Shown: piece after piece, positions 14,000 to 23,013 of the stretch
How positions within the stretch are numbered: the stretch's first letter is position 1
How the letters are laid out: each line of letters begins with the position of its first letter
Assembly: GCA_003141525.1 (NCBI GenBank)
Contig: PLML01000004.1
Location: 787-64,786 of the forward strand
Length of the DNA: 64,000 nucleotides
Reading direction: 5' to 3'
Source: Bacteroidales bacterium
GTDB lineage: Bacteria > Bacteroidota > Bacteroidia > Bacteroidales > VadinHA17
The notes under the pieces: model-generated
Database searches by the model: none
What the model saw: the letters and a program-made list of their open reading frames with translations, nothing else
What the model was told of the DNA's origin: nothing
Made by a program: the position numbers and the translations under genes

Positions 14000-14052
14000 T
14001 CATTAAACCCTCAACGCCTCAACAAATAAACACATCAACCATTACCCACTAC

Positions 14053-15282
14053 ATGAGCGACACAGTAATAAAAGTCGAAGGCCTTCACAAAAAATTCTGC
14101 CAATCCCTTAAACGGAGCATGTTTTATGGCACTATTGATGCTACAAAAAGCATATTTGGGTTGCCTATTGAAAATGTTGATCTGCGGAAAAAGGAATTTT
14201 GGGCATTACAGGATATTAACTTTGAATTAAAGCGTGGTGAAACTCTTGGTTTGATAGGTCAGAATGGTAGTGGCAAAACAACATTATTGCGTTTATTAAA
14301 CGGACTTTTTCCACCCGATAAAGGGAAAATTACAATTAGGGGACGTATTGGTGCATTAATTGCAGTTGGTGCAGGCTTTCATCCTCACATGACAGGTCGT
14401 GAAAATATTTTTCTGAATGGAACAATTCTTGGCATGACTAAACCCGAATTAAAACGAAAATTTGATGAAATAGTTGATTTTGCCGAAATTGGGGATTTTA
14501 TTGATTCACCTGTTGCAACATACTCCAGCGGTATGACAGTCAGGTTAGGTTTTGCTATTGCAATACATTGTGACCCAGACATTTTGCTTTTAGATGAAAT
14601 CTTAGCAGTTGGAGATGGCAGGTTTCAACAAAAATGTTTTTCGAAAATTGCGAAATTCCTCAAAAATGGTACTTCTGTAGTTTTTGTATCTCATTCAATG
14701 CCAATTGTTCAAATGATTTGTAAAGATGCTGCTTTTATGGATAAGGGCAAAATACTTGCTTATGGTAAGGTTGAAGATGTAGTTGGCTTTTACTATAATA
14801 AATGTGCTGTAAATGTCTTTGAAACGAATGAAATTGGGAAAAATAATTTTATTAGCACATACAATATTTCATACCAGTATTTGAAATTTTATAATGAAAA
14901 GGGTGAAGAGACCCGAACATTTCAATCGGGTGATGATATTATTGCAGAATGGAGATATGAAATGCAAAATGAAATTAAAAATGTTTCTGTTTATTTTGGA
15001 ATGGCAAATGATGGGTTTACTCATAGCGGTTATAGTACTGCGAAAACCTATGATAATTATAAAGTAGAAAAAATTAATTCTGACACTATTTGTCGTATCC
15101 GAATTAAAAAGCCATACCTGTCACCGGGTGACTATATCGTAAGCATTGGTCTCTGGGATGAAAATTTGCAGGATTGTTATTATAATGACTATGAAAGTAC
15201 AGGTAAAATAAAGATTTTTAGCTCAAATAAAATCCACACTCGTTTTCAATTTGATCACGAATGGAACGTAATTAACAAATAG
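14053..15282 (+). CDS. wzt: polysaccharide ABC exporter ATPase (Wzt/TagH type) with C-terminal extension
   Basis: Walker A is GQNGSGKTT, the signature is YSSGM, and Walker B is ILLLDE. About 170 extra C-terminal residues follow. The track start at 13969 translates the repeat arm, so I use the Met at 14053. Confidence 0.85.
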   Translation: MSDTVIKVEGLHKKFCQSLKRSMFYGTIDATKSIFGLPIENVDLRKKEFWALQDINFELKRGETLGLIGQNGSGKTTLLRLLNGLFPPDKGKITIRGRIGALIAVGAGFHPHMTGRENIFLNGTILGMTKPELKRKFDEIVDFAEIGDFIDSPVATYSSGMTVRLGFAIAIHCDPDILLLDEILAVGDGRFQQKCFSKIAKFLKNGTSVVFVSHSMPIVQMICKDAAFMDKGKILAYGKVEDVVGFYYNKCAVNVFETNEIGKNNFISTYNISYQYLKFYNEKGEETRTFQSGDDIIAEWRYEMQNEIKNVSVYFGMANDGFTHSGYSTAKTYDNYKVEKINSDTICRIRIKKPYLSPGDYIVSIGLWDENLQDCYYNDYESTGKIKIFSSNKIHTRFQFDHEWNVINK

Positions 15283-15284
15283 GT

Positions 15285-16388
15285 ATGAGCATCTCTTTTT
15301 TTTACACCCATATAAATCTGGTAGCTTTTAACAAAGTAAAAGATGTTTTAGATTCAACTTTCCTTAGCGAAGGCGATGTTGTAAAAGATTTTGAAGGTGA
15401 ATTGTATAATAAACTCGGGCTAATAAATCCTGTAGCTTTAAATAGCGGTACATCTGCACTTCATTTAGCTCTGATTCTTGCAGGGGTAAAAGAAGGTGAT
15501 GAAGTAATTTTACCTGCTCAAACGTTTATTGCCACAGGTCTTGTAATACTAATGCAAAAAGCGAAACCTGTTTTTGCTGATATTCAGTTTAATACCGGAA
15601 ATATTGATCCAAACTCGATTAAAGAGAAAATAACTTCAAAAACTAAAGCTATAATTGCTGTTCATTGGGGTGGCTATCCCTGCGATATGGATGAGATTAA
15701 TAAAATAGCCGGGGAAAACAATCTAAAAGTAATTGAAGATGCTGCTCATGCTATAGGTGCAGTTTATAAAAATAAACCTATTGGAAGTATATCCGATTTT
15801 ACTTGTTTTTCTTTCCAGGCTATAAAGCATTTAACAACAGCTGATGGTGGCGCTATCTGTTGTAAAAATGAAGAAGACTATCTACGGGCAAAGCGGTTAC
15901 GATGGTTCGGAATTGACAGGTTAAATAGCAAACCTTCAATTTTGGGAGAGCGCGAATACGATGTATCTGAAATCGGATATAAATATCACATGAATAATTT
16001 TTCTGCTGCCTTAGGTATTGCAAATTTGGCAGATATTAACAAGATTTTAGAGAGGAGACTTCAAATTTCTGATATTTATAGAAAAGAACTAAAATATATA
16101 AAAGGAATACAATTATTAAATTATCAAAATGACAGAAAATCAGCCTGGTGGTTATTTACGCTTCTGGTTGATAACAGGATAAATTTTATTACAAAATTGA
16201 AAGAAAAGAATATACCGGCATCTGTTGTTCATTTGAGAATTGATTCAAATACTGTTTTTGGAGGCATCAGAAAAGAATTATTAAATCAAAATAAATTTAA
16301 TGATTTACAAGTGTCTCTTCCTGTTCATTCTGGTCTGAAAGAAGAAGATATAAATTATGTAATTGAAACTATTAAACATGGTTGGTAA
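15285..16388 (+). CDS. DegT/DnrJ/EryC1/StrS-family sugar aminotransferase (perosamine-synthase-like context)
   Basis: DEVILPAQTFIAT, VIEDAAHAIG and FSFQAIKHLTTADGG give the PLP lysine context. It lies next to gmd. Confidence 0.8.
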   Translation: MSISFFYTHINLVAFNKVKDVLDSTFLSEGDVVKDFEGELYNKLGLINPVALNSGTSALHLALILAGVKEGDEVILPAQTFIATGLVILMQKAKPVFADIQFNTGNIDPNSIKEKITSKTKAIIAVHWGGYPCDMDEINKIAGENNLKVIEDAAHAIGAVYKNKPIGSISDFTCFSFQAIKHLTTADGGAICCKNEEDYLRAKRLRWFGIDRLNSKPSILGEREYDVSEIGYKYHMNNFSAALGIANLADINKILERRLQISDIYRKELKYIKGIQLLNYQNDRKSAWWLFTLLVDNRINFITKLKEKNIPASVVHLRIDSNTVFGGIRKELLNQNKFNDLQVSLPVHSGLKEEDINYVIETIKHGW

Positions 16389-17307
16389 AATCATTTTGTT
16401 TGGAGCCAATGGCTTTGTGGGTAAAAATGCTGCAGAGGTCCTTTCTGAAAATAAACTTTCATTTGTACCTGCATCCCGCACAACAGGAATTGACCTGAGA
16501 GATTCAGAGCAAACTTCTGCTTTTCTTTCGAAGCATAAACCTGCATTTATCATTAATTGTGCGGCACATGTTGGTAGTCTTAACTATGTAACTGAAAAAG
16601 CTGCAATTGTTATTTCTGATAATGCCCGTATGATACTGGGAATGTATGAAGCTGTGGCAAAAAGCTGTCCTGAGGCAATTATTATTAACCCTATTGCTAA
16701 TTGTGCCTATCCGGCAAAGGCTGACACATTCGTTGAAGATAACTGGTGGGATGGACACCTTCACCGTTCGGTATTATCATACGGTGCTACCAGGCGCCTG
16801 ATGTGGTCTGTAGGTGAAAGCTTTCAGATGCAATATGGCATAAAGAGTATTTATCTCATGGTCCCCAATATGTACGGTCCTTATGATTCAACCGATCCAA
16901 ATAAAGCCCATGCGTTAAATGCACTCATTTCAAAGTTTGTAAAAGCGCAACAAACAAATCAGCAAAAAATAGAAATCTGGGGAACAGGAGTAGCAATTCG
17001 TGAATGGCTTTATGCCAAAGATTTCGGACAAATTGTGCTTAAAGTGCTTAAAAATCCAAACACACTTGGTTTATCAGAACCAGTAAACATAGCTCAAAAT
17101 TTCGGGTTAAGTGTGAAAGAATTGGTAAACGTCATAAAATCCACTTTTAATTATAACGGTGAAATCATATGGGATACTTCCAAACCGGATGGTGCACCGA
17201 AAAAAGTAATGGACGATAGAAGGTTTAGAAAAATCTTCCCGGATTTCAAGTTTACTGAATTTAATGAGGGAATCAGAAACACAATTGATTATTACAAATC
17301 ATTATAG
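16363..17307 (+). CDS. GDP-L-fucose synthase-like SDR (Fcl/WcaG family)
   Basis: GANGFVG Rossmann motif. VPNMYGPYD, WGTGVAIREWLY and SKPDGAPKKVMD align with E. coli Fcl as I recall it. The active-site YxxxK reads YGATR here. Confidence 0.7.
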   Translation: MKLLNMVGKIILFGANGFVGKNAAEVLSENKLSFVPASRTTGIDLRDSEQTSAFLSKHKPAFIINCAAHVGSLNYVTEKAAIVISDNARMILGMYEAVAKSCPEAIIINPIANCAYPAKADTFVEDNWWDGHLHRSVLSYGATRRLMWSVGESFQMQYGIKSIYLMVPNMYGPYDSTDPNKAHALNALISKFVKAQQTNQQKIEIWGTGVAIREWLYAKDFGQIVLKVLKNPNTLGLSEPVNIAQNFGLSVKELVNVIKSTFNYNGEIIWDTSKPDGAPKKVMDDRRFRKIFPDFKFTEFNEGIRNTIDYYKSL

Positions 17308-17316
17308 AATATCTTA

Positions 17317-18288
17317 ATGACAAAGAAAAAGGCATTAATAACTGGGATTGCCGGACAAGATGGCTCTTACCTTGCTGAACTTCTTTTAGAAAAAGACTAC
17401 GAAGTAATTGGAATGATACCTCGTCGTTCGTCACCGGAAACACAAACAATTCGTATCGATCACATTGGTAAAAGACTAAACCTCGAATATGGCGATGTTA
17501 CTGACCTGGCAAGCATTTACAGGTTAATGCATCTTATTAAACCCGATGAGATATATCATTTAGCTGCACAAAGTCATGTTCAGGTTTCATTTATTGAACC
17601 GATAAATACCACCAATGTTGATGCACTCGGAACGTTAAATATGCTGGAAGCAACGGCCATGTTTGCTCCTAAGGCAAAGTTTTATAATGCCTCTTCATCT
17701 GAAATGTTCGGAAATACACCCGATTATCCTATCGATGAAAATTCAAAAATGCTGCCGGTTTCACCTTATGCTGTGGCCAAATTATATGCATATCATTTAA
17801 CCAGAACATACAGAGTCTCAAAAAAATTGTTTGCTGTAAATGGCATTCTTTTCAACCACGAATCGCCCAGACGTGGATTGAACTTTGTTACGGCAAAGGT
17901 AGTGAAGGGAGCCTTAGATATTAAACATGGTAACCTTGAAAACCTAAAGTTAGGTAATCTTGAAAGCACCAGAGATTGGGGACATGCAAAAGATTATGTG
18001 TATTCAATGTGGCTTATGTTACAACATAATGAACCCGATGATTATGTAGTTGCAACGGGTAAAGAACACAGTATAAGAGATTTATGTAAATATGTTTTTG
18101 AAAATGTTGGTTTAGGAGATTATCATAATTATGTAATTACCGATTCGAAGTATATCAGGCCCTATGAACTCAATCATTTACGAGGAAATCCTTCTAAAAT
18201 AAACAGAATCTTAAATTGGGCACCTGAATATTCTTTTGAACTTATTCTTGATGAAATGATAATTGAAATTGAGAAACGCTTTTATTAA
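17317..18288 (+). CDS. gmd: GDP-mannose 4,6-dehydratase
   Basis: KKALITGIAGQDGSYLAELLLEKDYEV, SSSEMFG, SPYAVAKLYAYHLTRTYR and GILFNHESPRRG are diagnostic Gmd motifs. Confidence 0.9.
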   Translation: MTKKKALITGIAGQDGSYLAELLLEKDYEVIGMIPRRSSPETQTIRIDHIGKRLNLEYGDVTDLASIYRLMHLIKPDEIYHLAAQSHVQVSFIEPINTTNVDALGTLNMLEATAMFAPKAKFYNASSSEMFGNTPDYPIDENSKMLPVSPYAVAKLYAYHLTRTYRVSKKLFAVNGILFNHESPRRGLNFVTAKVVKGALDIKHGNLENLKLGNLESTRDWGHAKDYVYSMWLMLQHNEPDDYVVATGKEHSIRDLCKYVFENVGLGDYHNYVITDSKYIRPYELNHLRGNPSKINRILNWAPEYSFELILDEMIIEIEKRFY

Positions 18289-18363
18289 AATTCAGGTGAT
18301 TATTGAGAAATTTAATTTTATTCTGATAATTTATTTCTCTATTAACATAATAATTGAATAGGT

Positions 18364-18924
18364 ATGGATAATTTGTTTTTCAAAAAGGAAAATTTAAAAT
18401 ATTGTGGTTCGAATGTCCTTTTAGGTAAAACAGTTCGCATAAGGAAACCTGAATTAGTAAGCATTGATGACAATTCAATTATTGATGATTTTACATATAT
18501 ATCTGGTGAAGTTGAAATTGGGAAATATGTTCATATTGCCGCTAATTGTACTCTTCAAGCAAGTCAATCAAAAATAATTATGAAAGATTTTTCTGCAATT
18601 GCCACTGGGGTTCGCGTTTTTGCTTCAACTGCTGATTATATAAATTGTTCATTTGATAGTGCTACAATTCCAAAAGAATTTGCATATGGTACTATTATTG
18701 CTGAGATATTTTTTGATTCTTTTGTTTGGATTGGATCAAATAGTGTGGTTATGCCAGGATGTAGATTTCCACAAGGATTTGCAGCAGGAGCTTTAACCAA
18801 ACTCACAAAAAATATACCTTTCAGAGCCTGGCACATACTTGTAAATGACAAAACAGGGGAGAGTGTGAGGCGAATAGGCGTAAAGAAAATTCTGGAGAAA
18901 GCAGCGCTACTTAAACATCTCTAA
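18364..18924 (+). CDS. left-handed beta-helix (hexapeptide) acyltransferase
   Basis: Hexapeptide-like repeats include VWIGSNSVVMPGCRF. Confidence 0.6.
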   Translation: MDNLFFKKENLKYCGSNVLLGKTVRIRKPELVSIDDNSIIDDFTYISGEVEIGKYVHIAANCTLQASQSKIIMKDFSAIATGVRVFASTADYINCSFDSATIPKEFAYGTIIAEIFFDSFVWIGSNSVVMPGCRFPQGFAAGALTKLTKNIPFRAWHILVNDKTGESVRRIGVKKILEKAALLKHL

Positions 18925-18935
18925 ATCATTTAGTA

Positions 18936-19763
18936 ATGCTTTCCGAATTATTCAAATTTGACAGATTTTTGCGTATAGAGAATAAGAAACTATTAGATTC
19001 AGTGCATTGTAATATGAACCTGATAACATTAATAGATGATTATTTAGATTCATATGCAAAAGAAAATAATTTAACTATTCCAACAATTATAAAAAAATAT
19101 CTAGATTTTATTTCACTTTACTCAAAACATATTGATTTGTTTGTTCGAACAAAAAAATATCCAGCAGAATTTAGCTATCAAATTGAAATTGAAAGAACAG
19201 AATATGATATTGCATTAATCTTGTCCGCAGTAACTTCAATCCATCGCCATATCTTATTAAACCAAATTGTAGAATTTTGTTCAACTATACATGATAATAT
19301 ATTGATAGTAGGAGTAGGTTCGGGAATTGAGTTGGAAATAATTAAAAATTATTCTCAGAGCCAAGAAGTATTTATAGATGCCTTTGATATTGATATTAAT
19401 CCTTGGTTAAAAAGAAAATTTCCTCTTGTAAATTTTTATCAAAAGGAGTTTGATTTTACTCATGATAAGAAATATAGTTTTATTTTTTTGATTGAAATTT
19501 TGGAACATCTAAAAACACCATTTAAATTATTGAGGGATTGTAAAAGAGCTCTAGAAAAAGATGGAAAACTAGTCACAACGACAGCCAGGAATATCCCACA
19601 ATTCGATCATTTATATAATTTTACACACGACTCGCGCTTCGAAAATGAACTGAATGAGATTGACTTAATAATTGAAAAAAAAGTCGAGATACCTCATCAT
19701 TTTCAATCACAAAACATAGAAGCAAAAAACACATACTATATTTTAAAATCTAATTTATTGTGA
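18936..19763 (+). CDS. class I SAM-dependent methyltransferase
   Basis: Motif I is ILIVGVGSGIELE, with downstream FDID and FIFLIEILEHL. Confidence 0.65.
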   Translation: MLSELFKFDRFLRIENKKLLDSVHCNMNLITLIDDYLDSYAKENNLTIPTIIKKYLDFISLYSKHIDLFVRTKKYPAEFSYQIEIERTEYDIALILSAVTSIHRHILLNQIVEFCSTIHDNILIVGVGSGIELEIIKNYSQSQEVFIDAFDIDINPWLKRKFPLVNFYQKEFDFTHDKKYSFIFLIEILEHLKTPFKLLRDCKRALEKDGKLVTTTARNIPQFDHLYNFTHDSRFENELNEIDLIIEKKVEIPHHFQSQNIEAKNTYYILKSNLL

Positions 19764-21499
19764 TTTCAATGAAATATAGTGAATTGATAACAACAAATAG
19801 ACAACTTGCAAAAAGAGTTAATACGCCACCTTATAACATTGCAATCCTCTCAAATATAGTTGTTCATCCAATAATAGACTTTGTTGAGTATGCTTGTAGA
19901 ATAATGAACATAAATGCAACTGCGATAGTAGGCGATTATGATAATATCATTCAAGACAGCCAGAAATATTGTGATTATGATGCTACTATAATTTTTTGGG
20001 AATTATGCAATTTGACAGAGAGGATACATTATAAAATTGAATTGTTTAATGATGAACAAATAAATATACTACTTGATAAGACAAAATCAGAAATTGATTA
20101 TGTTCTATCAAAGTTGAATAAAACTTCGCTTGTTATATTTAATAAATTTACATCATTTCCATTTTCACGGTTTAGTCCAAACATAAATAAATTAGAACAA
20201 TTCTCAAAAAAATTAAATCAACATTTACTTGAAAAAGCACCACCCAATGTAAAGATCATCGATTTAGAAGGAATATTTGCATCAATTGGCATATATAGAA
20301 GTATAGACTTCAGATTTTATTATTCATCTAAAGCCTTATATACCATTGATTTTTATAAATCATATGTTGACCATATAATACCATCCATTTTAGCAATTAA
20401 TGGTAAGGCAAAGAAAGTACTGGTTTTTGATTGTGATAATACTTTATGGAAGGGAATTATTGGTGAAGATGGATACCAAAATATTGAAATGTCTGAAAGA
20501 ACCAAATCAGGAGCAATCTTCGCAGAGATTCAAGGCATAGCATTATCCTTAAACAAATCAGGAGTTTTATTAGGATTGTGCACAAAAAATAATTATCAGG
20601 ATATAGAGGAGGTGATAAAGCATCATCCGGATATGAAACTAAGGATGGAACAGATTGCCATTATTAAATGCAATTGGGATGATAAGGTTAGTAATTTACT
20701 CCAGATTGCACTTGAACTAAATGTTGGTCTGGATAGCATTGTATTTATTGACGATTCTGCTTTTGAGATAAATTTAATAAAAGAGCATTTGCCTGAAGTT
20801 ACAGTTTTACAAGTGCCAGAAAGATTATATTATTACCCTGAATTATTACGAGAAAATTTAGGATTATTTTATAATCTTTCAAATACTAAAGAAGACTTGC
20901 AGCGAGCTGAAATGTATAAGCAACAGGAAAAGAGAGAAAGTTTATTAAAAAAATATACGAATGTAGAAGATTATCTGACCAGTTTGGGATTAGAAATTAC
21001 AGTTTATGAGGATGATCAGTCAATAGTTTCTAGATTATCTCAATTGACGCAAAAAACAAACCAATTTAATTTAACAACAAAAAGATATTCTGAAGTGGAC
21101 ATAATGAATTTCATTTCATCTTCCGACAGTAAAGTTCTCGCTTTCAATACTAATGATAAATTTGGAGATAGTGGAATTACCGGACTTTGCATTATTCGAT
21201 TTGATAAAATTCAAAGAACTGCATTAATTGATACGTTTCTAATGAGTTGCAGAATAATTGGACGTAATATTGAATATGCTTTTCTCGACTTTATAATAGA
21301 TATTTTAAAAAAAAATAAAACTTCATATCTTAAGGCGAATTACATTAGAACACCTAAAAACGAACAGGTTAATAATTTTTACGACAGCTGCTCATTTAGT
21401 TTGATCAAATCAGATAGCAATATAAAAGAATACAACCTTTGGATTAAAGATTATAAACCCAAAAGAATAGAATATATAACTATCAATTATGGAAAATAG
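19760..21499 (+). CDS. FkbH-like HAD-IIIC family protein
   Basis: VLVFDCDNTLWKGIIGEDG matches the FkbH/HAD-IIIC DxDNTLW.G.IGEDG signature. It is 579 aa with a C-terminal acyltransferase-like region and is translationally coupled to an ACP gene. Confidence 0.8.
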   Translation: MISMKYSELITTNRQLAKRVNTPPYNIAILSNIVVHPIIDFVEYACRIMNINATAIVGDYDNIIQDSQKYCDYDATIIFWELCNLTERIHYKIELFNDEQINILLDKTKSEIDYVLSKLNKTSLVIFNKFTSFPFSRFSPNINKLEQFSKKLNQHLLEKAPPNVKIIDLEGIFASIGIYRSIDFRFYYSSKALYTIDFYKSYVDHIIPSILAINGKAKKVLVFDCDNTLWKGIIGEDGYQNIEMSERTKSGAIFAEIQGIALSLNKSGVLLGLCTKNNYQDIEEVIKHHPDMKLRMEQIAIIKCNWDDKVSNLLQIALELNVGLDSIVFIDDSAFEINLIKEHLPEVTVLQVPERLYYYPELLRENLGLFYNLSNTKEDLQRAEMYKQQEKRESLLKKYTNVEDYLTSLGLEITVYEDDQSIVSRLSQLTQKTNQFNLTTKRYSEVDIMNFISSSDSKVLAFNTNDKFGDSGITGLCIIRFDKIQRTALIDTFLMSCRIIGRNIEYAFLDFIIDILKKNKTSYLKANYIRTPKNEQVNNFYDSCSFSLIKSDSNIKEYNLWIKDYKPKRIEYITINYGK

Positions 21500-21719
21500 A
21501 ATTAAAAATGTAATGTCTGCCGTATTTGATATTCCCTTTGAAAAAATCAACGATGAGTCTTCTCCAGATAATATTATGTCGTGGGACTCATTGAAACATA
21601 TGCAATTGGTAGTGGCTCTGGAAGAAGAGTTTAGAATAGTTTTCGAAGATGAAGAAATAATCGAAATGCTAAATTATAGTTCAATAAAGCAAAACATTGC
21701 AAAAAAGGTCAAACAATAA
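21489..21719 (+). CDS. acyl carrier protein
   Basis: 76 aa. IMSWDSLKHMQLVVALEEEF contains the DSL phosphopantetheine serine motif. Confidence 0.8.
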   Translation: MENRIKNVMSAVFDIPFEKINDESSPDNIMSWDSLKHMQLVVALEEEFRIVFEDEEIIEMLNYSSIKQNIAKKVKQ

Positions 21720-21871
21720 AATATCAATTTTAAGAGGTCATGTTTTTTAAGAAAGATCTACCAAGCTATTGAAACAAATAGGTGTAAAAGAATCTAACCT
21801 AAGATCATGGAAAATTGAATTTTGATATAAACAACAATTAAATTTTATAGATCAATTTTTCCATATTTAAT

Positions 21872-22827
21872 ATGAATAAAGAAATTACATTAAGCTACGT
21901 TCTTACAACTCGTAATAAGCTCCCTTATTTAAGAGAAGCAATAAAGCGGTTGCTTGAAAATGTTCAACCCGACGAAGAGATAGTTATTACTGATGGAGCA
22001 AGCACTGATGGAACCGTTAAATTTTTGACAGAACTTTATAAACAGGGAAAGATTCATCAGTTTATTTCTGAACCCGATTGTGGAGAAGCTCATGGGTTTA
22101 ATAAAGGATTATTGATGGCTAAGGGCGAATTAATAAAATTATTAAGTGATGATGATGTATTTTGTTATTCAGCAATTCAGGAATGTAGGCGTTTCATGCA
22201 AACAAACAGTTCATTCGATTATTTTACGGGGGGAATCGCTTCTTTAAGATTTGATAATTTTGAGCTAAGTCAGTTTATTATTGCATACGAGTATGAAAAA
22301 AGCTTTATGGAATGGATAAATGCGAAAACAAACACTTGCTATTTTGGAGGCTTAGCCTTAATGATTAGAAAATCAGACTTTCTAAATTCGGATTACTTGA
22401 TATATCATACACCCACAATGATCTTGAATATTGTACACGCTTAACTTTTTTAAAAGCAAAAATTGCGTATTATACAGCATTACATGTAGTTGCTATCCGC
22501 AATAACGAAAGTAAATCTGTTTCAGCCAAATCAGATTTGGTTTCAAATGAATGCAATAGAGTTGATTATTATTATAATAGCAAAATAGTTCCTGTCAATA
22601 GTTACTCAACAACGACATTATTGGAAACAATATTAAGTAAAATTAAAAATAAAGTAAAACAAAACTTTAAGAGTGGGAATAAAGCTAGTACTAAAAAAGA
22701 AACAGATCAATATTTCGGAAGTGAACTTTTAAAACCAAAATATAATACAATTGGTGAGTTGTTTTCAGATTGCGAAGTTCTTATGCATGATTTTAATAAT
22801 TCCCTGGAACACAGGTTTATTTTTTAA
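21872..22827 (+). pseudogene. frameshifted GT2 glycosyltransferase, paralog of 25809-26780
   Basis: The first ~95 residues are nearly identical to the 25809 product. The reading frame switches near 22388, after which the next frame (GLLDISYTHNDLEYCTRL...) continues the alignment (GLFDTSFKHIDFEYSVRV) and stays open to 22827. Confidence 0.7.
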
Positions 22828-23013
22828 ATAATGAGAATGAAGAGTTAAAAATAAGAAAAATAGATGCTGCTGCGATCCGGCCAAATATATGGACAATAAG
22901 TCCTTTAGTAGATCGCACCTTAGATGCTCTTTGAATATCAGTTTTATCGTGGCATTTAATAGAAATGAGATTTTTAAATTTCAAAAAGCACTTCGCTTAT
23001 AGTTAATAGAAAT

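Noticed and set aside
833-14000. Could the short tandem units be a CRISPR array?
   Set aside because: There is no constant repeat alternating with unique spacers of fixed length. The units are 5-7 nt slipped repeats arranged as inverted pairs around genes. I recognised no cas genes.
833-14000. Integron-like gene cassette array
   Set aside because: There is no integrase. The arms are low-complexity and cassette-specific rather than attC-like, and they flank genes on both sides rather than only at the 3' end.
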